Shown here piece by piece: positions 10,158 to 18,155 of a stretch of 18,685 nucleotides of DNA. Position 1 is the stretch's first letter. The number at the start of each line of letters is the position of its first letter. The stretch spans positions 1-18,685 of the forward strand of contig NW_021824425.1 of the NCBI RefSeq assembly GCF_006345805.1, read 5' to 3'. The notes beneath the pieces were generated by a model, which did not search any database, was not told where the DNA came from, and saw nothing but the letters and a program-made list of their open reading frames with translations. Position numbers and translations under genes: made by a program. Origin of the DNA: Octopus sinensis. Lineage: Eukaryota.

Positions 10158-10205
10158 CATCAGCAGCAGCAGTAACAGCAGCATCCCCATCAACGTCATC
10201 ATCTG

Positions 10206-10236
<31 letters not shown>

Positions 10237-10346
10237 GTCGTCGTCGTCATCGTCATCATCACCACCATCAACATCACCACCATCAACATCATCATCATCA
10301 TCGTCATCGTTATTTGCATCATCATCATCGTCATCATAATCACCAC

Positions 10347-10380
<34 letters not shown>

Positions 10381-10622
10381 GTCATCGTCATCATCATCAC
10401 CACCACCATCATCATCATCATCATCACATCATCATCGTCATCGTCATCATCAACATCATCATCATCACCATCATCATCACCATCATCATCGTCATCGTCA
10501 TCATCGTCACCACCATCATCATCATCATCATTATCGCCATCATTATCCCCATCATCATCATCACCACCACCACTACCACCCCTACCACCACCACCACTAT
10601 CACCACCATCATCATCATCATA
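10158..10622 (+). repeat. (CAT)n microsatellite with CAG/CGT/CAC variants
   Basis: Directly visible. Source of the poly-H/M/I/S pseudo-ORFs. Confidence 0.97.
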
Positions 10623-10634
10623 ATCCTCAACAAC

Positions 10635-10855
10635 CCCTTGCGGTCTTAAGACTCATAAGGGCCGGTTAACCCAGTGCACAACTGAGATCACAGCATTCCT
10701 CCTGGACGAGGCGCTAGTTCATCGCGGGCTCAACTTCCCAGTCACAGCTGAGTGGACGGGAGAAGCCGAGTGCACAATGTGACACCTGCGCAGGAATCGA
10801 AACCACGGCCCTTTGATCGTGAGTACAACACCCTTACCATCGGTTCACACGTCTT
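10635..10855 (-). mobile_element. tRNA-derived SINE-C (CORE-like middle)
   Basis: Minus strand has an A-box-like TGAACCGATGG and B-box GGTTTCGATTCC. It shares cagctgagtggac.ggag with 12355-12370. The 3' end runs into the (ATG)n array. Confidence 0.65.
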
Positions 10856-10919
10856 GTACTGTCACAAAAGTGTCCCCCTCCGCTTTACGGCGTCAACCCA
10901 GGCGCGCGGGCCGCTTGGT

Positions 10920-10985
10920 GTTGGTTTGTTTACGTCCCGTAGCTTAGCGGTTCGGCAAAAAGGGTCTGATAGAATAAGCGGCTCG
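10920..10985 (+). mobile_element. SINE-A internal fragment
   Basis: gtttacgtcccgtagcttagcggttcggcaaaagggtctgatagaataag. Confidence 0.75.
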
Positions 10986-11019
10986 ATTAGGAATAATAAT
11001 GGGGGGCGTCGGTGTGTTC

Positions 11020-11165
11020 GAGGAGAGAGTGAAGGGAAGGTAGGAAGAGAGAGGGAGGGGGAAATTGAGAGAGAGACGGGTGGAGAGGAAGAAAGGTTGT
11101 GAGGGTGAACGAGAGGGAGGGAGGGAGGGAAGGAAGGAGAGAGAAGGAGAGATAGAGAGAATAAC

Positions 11166-11196
<31 letters not shown>

Positions 11197-11617
11197 AAGA
11201 GGCAGACAATGACAGAGATAAGGAGAGGGAGGGAGTGAAAGAGAAGAGAGAGAGAGAGAGAGAGAGGAGGCAGGCAGAGAGAACGATTCAGAAATAAAAA
11301 GTGAAAGAGATAGAAAGACAGACAGACCGAGAGGAAGACAAAGAGAGTGAGGGAGAGATAGATAGAGATAGTGAGAAAGAGAAAGAGGGTGATGGATAGA
11401 TAGACATAGAGAGAAAGAAAGAGAGAGCGACAGAGATATGGACAGACAGAGAGAAAGAGAGAGAGATAGACAAGCAGACAGAGAGAGAAAGAGAGGGCGT
11501 GAGAGAGAGCGACAGACAGCTAGACAGAGAGAAAGCGGGGGAGTGAGAGAGAGAGAGAGTGACGGATAGATAGACATAGAGAGAAAGGAAGAGAGAGCGA
11601 CAGAGACATGGACAGAT

Positions 11618-11684
<67 letters not shown>

Positions 11685-12040
11685 AAGAGACAGACAGACA
11701 GACAAACAGACATAGAGAGAAAGAGAGGGCGTGAGAGAGAGAAAGTGGGGGAGTGTGAGAGAGAGAGAGTGTGTGACGGATAGATAGACATAGAGAGAAA
11801 GAGAGAGAGAGCGACAGAGACAGAGACAGACAGAGAGAAAAGAGAGAGAGAGAGAAAGAGCGACAGACAAACAGAGAGAGAAAGAGAGGGCGTGAGAGAG
11901 AGCGACAGACAGCTAGACAGAGAGGGGGAGTGAGAGAGAGAGAGAGGGAGAGAGAGAGAGACTGGCAGACATACAAGCAGACAGACGAACAAGCAGACAG
12001 GCAGACAGGAAGACCGACAGACTGACGGACAGACAGGAAG
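11020..12040 (+). repeat. ~1 kb polypurine (GA)n/(GACA)n array with higher-order duplications
   Basis: Directly visible. Modules GGATAGATAGACATAGAGAGAAAG and GAGAGGGCGTGAGAGAGAG each recur three times. Confidence 0.96.
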
Positions 12041-12139
12041 AGGTGGGGATCGCTTATGGCATCAAAAATAATACAAAAAAAAAAGCATATATTCATTTGG
12101 AAGAACTTCCGAACGCAGAAGCCGCCGCTCCACCATAGC

Positions 12140-12463
12140 CACCACCTTTCAATGGCACTCCGTCGGTTACGACGAAGAGTGTACCAGTCGGTCCGATCAA
12201 CGGAACAGCTTGGTCGTTAGATTAACGTACAAGTGGCAGAGTATTCCACAGACACGTGTGTCGTTAACGTAGATCTCAGGGAGACTCAGCGTGACATACA
12301 GAATGTGTAAAGGCTGGACCCGTTAGTATTACAGGTACAACTGATTTTTGCAAGCTGAGTGGACTGGAGCAATGTGGAAATAAAGTGTCTTGTTCAAGGA
12401 CATAACACGCCGCCGGAGAATCGAACTCACGGCTTTATGACCGTGAGCCGAATACGCGAACTG
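12140..12463 (-). mobile_element. tRNA-derived SINE-D; start of a second tandem unit at 14085-14155
   Basis: B-box GAGTTCGATTCTC on minus (~12416-12428). Body ggcactccgtcggttacgacg..gatccgatcaacggaacagc recurs at 14089-14150. Confidence 0.75.
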
Positions 12464-12937
12464 ACAAAGTCGACCTCGGCGGAATTTGAACTCAGAACGT
12501 AGAGGCAGACGGAATACCTATTTCTTTACTACCCACAAGGGGCTAAACATAGAAGGGACAAACAAGGACAGACAAAGGGATTAAGTCGATTATATCGACC
12601 CCAGTGCGTAACTGGTACTTAATTTATCGGTCCCGAGAGGATGAAAGGCGAAGTCGACCTCGGCGGAATTTGAACTCAGAACGTAACAGCAGACGAAATA
12701 CCTATTTCTTTACTAGCCACAAGGGTGCTTGTAGTTCCTTGTTAGCGTCGTGGACTTGAGACACGGCTATTGAAGGGAAAGGACGTGTTAAAAGTGTGAT
12801 CAGCCATTCTCCTGTTCCAGACGCTTGGGATTTGACCTGCTCTGTTGCTGCTGAATTTGCCGTAAGAATCTTACCAATGTTAAAGTTCAGCCTTGCTATT
12901 TTGAACCAAGTGGATACCAATATACCAACGTGCTTCA

Positions 12938-13339
12938 TCTTTATATATAAAAGTAAGGTTGTGTGAGTGTCTGTCTTCTACGATTTAGATTCCTAACTAC
13001 TCCCACATTTTGCGGTGCAGTTTAACCAAAACCGGGTATCTTATAGTCGTGATTCATATCGAGCCCTTCTGGGTATTAGCGCGTGTCTACGATGAGTCTA
13101 CGATTTAAAAAAAAATTTACTATCATTTTTTTCCATTTTAATGCATTTTTTTAATATTATATAAGGGAAGCAACTCTCTAAAAGTGTCTACGATGAGTCA
13201 ACGATTTTTAAAAAAAATTACCATCATATTTTTTCCATTTTTAATGCATTTTTTTGCTATTTTTTGGCTATAACTCTCTAAAAATGCTTATATAGTTATT
13301 TCCCTTACAAACCCGAGCAACGCCGGGCGATACTGCTAG
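12938..13339 (+). mobile_element. Non-autonomous Helitron, unit 1
   Basis: Starts TCTTTATATATAAAA after an A (12937). GC hairpin CCCGAGCAACGCCGGG at 13312-13327. Ends CTAG at 13336-13339. Confidence 0.88.
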
Positions 13340-13727
13340 TTATATATAAAATTCAAGTTGTGTCTGTCTCCTCCGATTTAGATTCCTAACTACTCCCACA
13401 TTTTGCGTTGCAGTTTAACCAAAACCGGGTATCTTATAGTCGTGATTCATATCGAGCCCTTCTGGGTATTAGCGCGCGTCTACGACGAGTCTACGATTTT
13501 TTAAATAATTTACCATCATTTTTTCCATTTTAATGCATATTTTTTTTAATATAAGGGAAGTAACTCTCTGAAAATGTCTACGATGAGTCAACAATTTAAA
13601 AAAAAAATTACCATCATTTTTTTCCATTTTTAATGCATTTTTTGCGATTTTTTGTCTATAACTCTCTAAAAATGCTTATGTAGTTATTTCCCTTACAAAC
13701 CCGAGCAACGCCGGGCGATACTGCTAG
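13340..13727 (+). mobile_element. Non-autonomous Helitron, unit 2 (head-to-tail)
   Basis: Near-identical to unit 1, with the same hairpin. Ends CTAG at 13724-13727 followed by T. Confidence 0.88.
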
Positions 13728-14160
13728 TTTGTAAATAAAAGAATAAAGAATCATATATATTTTTAAAGTTGCGTTTTGTTCCTGACTGATAGTTTCTGGA
13801 AACAAAAAGAAAGGAAATTGTGTTGCACCCAAGTTGCACCAAAAAGTGTAAAGAATCAACCAGTTCTTTTTACATGCTAAACACAGAGAGGACAGACAAA
13901 CGGATTAAGTCGATTACATCGACCCCAGTGCGTCACTGGTACTTAATTTATCGTCCTCGAAAGGATGAAAGGCAAAGTCGACCTCGGCGGAATTTGAACT
14001 CAGAACGTAACGGCAGACGAAATACCGTTAAGCATTTCGGCCGGTGCGCTAACGTTTCTGCCAGCTCGTCGCCTTGAATACGCGAACTGGCACACCGTCG
14101 ATTACGAATGACAAGGGATCCATTTGATCCGATGAACGGAACAGCCTGCACGTGAGTGTC

Positions 14161-14732
14161 TTTTTTTTTTGTTGTTGTTTCAGCACAGTGCTGCGGCCAT
14201 GCTGATGCACCGCCGTTTTGCGCTACACTGTTATTACGAAGAGCCTCCTCTAATATGTGGCACTTGATGAAGAATGGAGTTTGATATAGCTACCCTCATT
14301 TGCACCTCTTGTCGTGAGGTAGGCTCATCTGGGACTCTCGACAGGAAGAGGTCCAGCTTTGATTTAAAAACCCCTACATCTACTTTGTGCAAGTTCCTCA
14401 GACTCTTTGGGAGAATATTAAAAAGCTGTGAGCCCTTGAAACCCAGGCTGTTGCAGAAGCTGGTCCTGAAGCGTGATGGCATTGCTGGGATCTTTGGCAC
14501 TATGTAGTGTCGTCCCGTTCTAGCATTGGTGTAGCTTACAATGTCAAAATTTGGCACAATTCCTTCCAGGATCTTCCAGACATATATTACTGCATACCTC
14601 TCCAATCTTGTCTCCAGGGAGTAGAGTCTTAGCTGTTTCAACCTTTCCCAGTAGCTGAGCTGTTGCAAAGAGACGATCTTCTTTGTGAATCTTCTCTGGA
14701 TTGCTTCAAGGTCCGCTGTTAATCTCACACTG
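14161..14732 (-). mobile_element. 5'-truncated CR1/L2 (Jockey-group) LINE with 3' UTR and A-rich tail
   Basis: ORF2 C-terminus, short 3' UTR and (AAC)n-A10 tail. Possible short TSD GTGTC(T) at 14156 and 14733. Confidence 0.88.
14234..14732 (-). pseudogene. LINE ORF2 (post-RT C-terminal region), uninterrupted to the stop codon
   Basis: LEAIQRRFTKKIVSLQQLSYWERLKQLRLYSLETRLERYAVIYVWKILEGIVPNF...SLGFKGSQLFNILPKSLRN...FKSKLDLFLSRVPDEP. These are typical CR1-group motifs. Confidence 0.9.
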
Positions 14733-14737
14733 GTGTC

Positions 14738-14743
14738 TGTGTG

Positions 14744-14782
<39 letters not shown>

Positions 14783-15010
14783 CTGTGTGTGTGTGTCTGT
14801 GTGTGTCTGTGTGTGCTTGTGTATCCCTTCCACCATCGCTTGATAGCTAATGTTGGTGTGTTTACGTCGTCCTGACTTAGCGGCTCGGCCAAACAGACCG
14901 ATAGAATGAGTACAAGGCTTACAAAGAACAAGTCCTGGGGGTCGATTTCTTCGACTAAAAGGCGGTGCTCCAGCATGGCCGCAGTCAAATGCCCGAAACA
15001 GATAAAAAAA
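14738..15010 (+). mobile_element. SINE-A 3' half with (TA)n(TG)n
   Basis: ccaccatcgcttga..gtgtgtttacgtc..gaccgatagaat..ggcggtgctccagcatggccgcagtcaaatg. Confidence 0.88.
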
Positions 15011-15069
15011 ACTAACAACAAAACAAAAATAATAAACAACAGCAAAAGTAAAAATTCACCAAGCGTATG

Positions 15070-15090
15070 ATTTTATCATTATTATTATTA

Positions 15091-15148
<58 letters not shown>

Positions 15149-15162
15149 CATCATTATTATTG
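15070..15162 (+). repeat. (ATT)n microsatellite
   Basis: Directly visible. Confidence 0.96.
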
Positions 15163-15414
15163 GTAGCTATATGTCATTTCTATTAAATGAATAATTAATT
15201 AATTAATAATTGCCTGTCGCTTAAAATATTTATAGTAATTATATTTTGTGAAACAAGAAATTATCTTAAACAACGAGAAAAGAAAATGGACGACACAGGA
15301 AACATAAATTGTTAAATCTGACCAGGAAATATGAAATAAAATGAAATAAAATGAACATCTTAACATTCTTTTGTGTTCTGAAATGGGTGTGGTGGGGTAG
15401 AAATGGCTGCTTTA

Positions 15415-15470
15415 TCTAGCTACCCAACCACGCGGATCCGGGTTCAGTCCCATTACGTGGCACGTGGCAG
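15415..15470 (+). mobile_element. SINE-A head fragment
   Basis: ccaaccacgcggatccgggttcagtcccattacgtggcac. Confidence 0.65.
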
Positions 15471-15500
15471 TCTTGATCTTTTAATTTAGCCTCAGTCATT

Positions 15501-15840
15501 AAGGGCAGCGAGCTGGCAGAATCGTTAGCACGCCGGGCGAAATGCTTAGCAGTATTTCGTCTGCCGTTACGTTCTGAGTTCAAATTCTGCCGAGGTCGAC
15601 TTTGCCTTTCATCCTTTCGGAGGTCGATAAATTAAGTACCAGTGACGCACTGGAGTCGATGTAATCGACTTAATACCTATGTCTGTCCTTGTTTGTCCCC
15701 TCTGTGTTTAGCCCCTTGTGAGTAATAAAGAAATAGGGATTTCGTCTGCCGTTACGTTCTGAGTTCAAATTCCGCCGAGGTCGACTTTGCCTTTCGTCCT
15801 TTCGGAGGTCGATAAATTAAGTACCATTTACGCACTGGGG
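15501..15840 (+). mobile_element. SINE-B with head plus repeated tail
   Basis: aagggcagcgagcTGGCAGAATCG head. The segment gtatttcgtctgccg..gcactgg recurs at a 185-nt offset. Confidence 0.9.
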
Positions 15841-15874
<34 letters not shown>

Positions 15875-15897
15875 CGTTCTTAATACATTTTCTCGTT

Positions 15898-16330
15898 CGG
15901 CTTAACAGCCCTTCTTGTCTTGTTATTCTCCTTGTCCTGTCATTTACTGTTTATATTTTATATTTTGTACTGTCGTTGGTGTCCTGTTTTTGTTACCATT
16001 TTTACCCCTCCGCAAAAAGATCTCAAATTTTATTTAATTTGCTTTTCGCGGGAAGGAAAGTTTCTATCGAAGATGCGTATCGCCTTCACATTCGAAACGC
16101 AGAGTAGATGAAACCATGGCGACTGACGAAGGGTAATTTTCCTTGTGATATTTGTGCTGTACTCTATTTGTTTTGTTGTTTAAGAAAAATGTCCATTTCC
16201 TTGGTTTTGTGTTTATGTTTCCGTTTCTCATTGTGTTCGACGTTTTTTTTTTGTGTCCTGTACCTATATATGCATGTATATATACATGTAGAGGTAGGTA
16301 CGTACATATATGTATGTATATATGCATATG
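15898..16330 (+). mobile_element. Dispersed repeat, probable Penelope-like element 3' terminal region (copy 2)
   Basis: Homologous to the reverse complement of 6960-7290. Confidence 0.5.
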
Positions 16331-16345
16331 TTTTATTTATTAATT

Positions 16346-16387
<42 letters not shown>

Positions 16388-17018
16388 TGTATGTATGTAT
16401 GCATGTATATATGTATGCATGTATGAGGGCACCCATCAGAACTAAAAAACAAGATCTGTTCAAACAAGGGCACAGGAGCGCTGTCCTTGTCCTTCACCCA
16501 CACCAAACAAAGACCCTCAACGATGAATCAAACAAACGAGGCTAGGTCTCCGAACTCAACGATTGATCCTAGCAGAAGAGGGCGATGGCAGACGGACTGG
16601 CTAGAAAGGTGCAACTCTAAGGACATCGGAGCTAGCGGCATTCCGTCAGAACCCGTCTTCCGGACCTCGCATGCCACTCCGAGTGATGCCACGGCAGAAG
16701 GATTCTTAGGCCATAGAGCGTGGCGCCATCTCTCGGCAAGATGATCTCCTTTCTAAACAAACACACGCCATTGGCTGGTTTATTTTTGATCCTGCTCCCC
16801 CTCTTTTTTTTATTCACAAAAGCCCAACGGCGATGGGGTAAGGATGGTGGGAGCCGGTTTTGGTGAAACTAGAAGCTCCTAGTCTGGACTTGCATGTTGG
16901 CAGCAGATGCAAGGTGGTCGCCATCCTCGGACCTGTTGACAACCCAGGGATTCGGGTCTACATCTACAACTGAGCAGGCCTATTTGGGAACGCCGCTGCT
17001 CACTTGAATAGGAAAGGC

Positions 17019-17051
<33 letters not shown>

Positions 17052-17121
17052 ATACATATATATATATGTATATACATATATATGTGTGTGTGTGTGTTGT
17101 GTGTGGTGTCTGTGTGTGTAT

Positions 17122-17280
17122 GTAAACACACCAACACCGGTTGTCAAGCGATGATGGTGGGACAAACACAGACATACAAACACAACACCCACACACACAC
17201 ACACATATATATATATATCTATATATATAGGCTAGGCTTCTTTCAGTTTCCATCAACCAAATCCACTCACATGGCATTGG
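17122..17280 (-). mobile_element. SINE-A middle fragment
   Basis: gtaaacacaccaacaccggttgtcaagcgatg..(CA)(TA)..ggcttctttcagtttcc..atccactcac. Confidence 0.85.
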
Positions 17281-17394
17281 GCAAGTGTCCTCTACTATAG
17301 CCTTGGGCCGACCAAAGCCTTGTGAGTGGATTTGGTAGACGGAAATTGAAAGAAGCCTGCTGTCTATATATATATAATATATATATATATGTGT

Positions 17395-17449
<55 letters not shown>

Positions 17450-17695
17450 GTGTGTGTGTATTTATATGTGTGTGTTTTTGTGTTCGTGTTTGTCTTCCTA
17501 CCATCGCTTGACAACCGATGCTGGTGTGTTTACGTTCCCGAAACTTAGCGATTAAAAAAAAAGACCCATAGAATAAGTACTAGGTATGCAAAGAATAAGT
17601 CCTGAAGTCGATTTGTTCGACTAAAAGGCGATGCTCCTTCATGGCCGCAGTCAAATGAATGAAGCGTGTGAAAGAGTAAAAGAAAATATACGTAC
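17277..17695 (+). mobile_element. 5'-truncated SINE-A
   Basis: ttgggcaagtgtcc..gtgagtggatttggtagacgg..(TA)(TG)..catggccgcagtcaaatgaatgaagc..gagtaaaag. Confidence 0.88.
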
Positions 17696-17719
17696 ATACA
17701 CATACGCATATACACGGAT

Positions 17720-18155
17720 GGCGCAGGAGTGGCTGTATGGTAAGTAGCTTGCTTACCAACCACATGGTTCCGGTTCAGTCCACTGCGTGTGGCATCTGGG
17801 TAAGTGTCTTCTGCTATAGCCCCCAGGCCGACCAAAGTCTTGTGAGTGGATTTGGTAGACGGAACTGAAAGAAGCCCGTCGTAATATTGTATGCATATAT
17901 ATATATATGTGTGTTGTGTGTGTGTGTGTGTGTGTTTGTGTGTCTGTGTTTGTCCCCCTAGCATTGCTTGACAACCGAGGCTGGGGTGTCGTTATGTGTC
18001 CCCGTCACTTAGCGGTTCGGCAAACAGACCGGTAGAATAATAGTACTGGGCTTACAAAGAATAGTCCCCGGGTCGAGTTGCTTGATTAAAGGCGGTGCAC
18101 CAGCATGGCCGCAGGCAAAATGACTGAAACAAGTAAAAAGAGAAAAAAGAAAAGA
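17720..18155 (+). mobile_element. Full-length SINE-A
   Basis: ggcgcaggagtggctgtatgg head through ccagcatggccgcaggcaaaatgactgaaacaagtaaaaagag tail. Confidence 0.9.

Larger units (their letters stand above)
12730..13874 (+). mobile_element. Solo-LTR-like insertion (~355 bp net) with TGTA...TACA ends and 4-bp TSD TGCT
   Basis: TGCT at 12726-12729 and 13875-13878. Removing the insert restores SINE-B cacaaggg-tgct-aaacacag. AATAAA occurs at 13734 and 13742. Confidence 0.7.
12464..14075 (-). mobile_element. SINE-B with tandemly repeated ~184-nt tail, bounded by a 14-bp TSD and carrying nested insertions
   Basis: Head aaggcgacgagcTGGCAGAAACG at 14075 downward, B-box-like GAGTTCAAATT. GAATACGCGAACTG is at 12450-12463 and 14076-14089. 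Confidence 0.88.

Noticed and set aside
10047-10649. Poly-His, poly-Met and poly-Ser ORFs suggestive of His-rich beak proteins or reflectin
   Set aside because: (CAT)n array read in all frames, with no reflectin or beak-protein motif structure.
10987-12096. 369-aa and 234-aa Ser/Leu-rich ORFs
   Set aside because: (CT)n strand of a GA microsatellite.
12702-12938. 78-aa minus-strand ORF faintly like a LINE endonuclease (VGILVS) or a host exon
   Set aside because: No conserved APE motifs. It lies within the TSD-bounded solo-LTR-like insert.
12938-13727. Regular repeats as a CRISPR-like array or viral insertion
   Set aside because: The whole ~400-bp units are duplicated with no unique spacers, and the Helitron termini explain them.
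16895-16960. Possible HDV-like ribozyme (CAGCAG/CTGTTG pairing, ATCCTCG loop)
   Set aside because: The L3 loop is too long, and the G-U at the cleavage site and the GG of P1.1 are missing.
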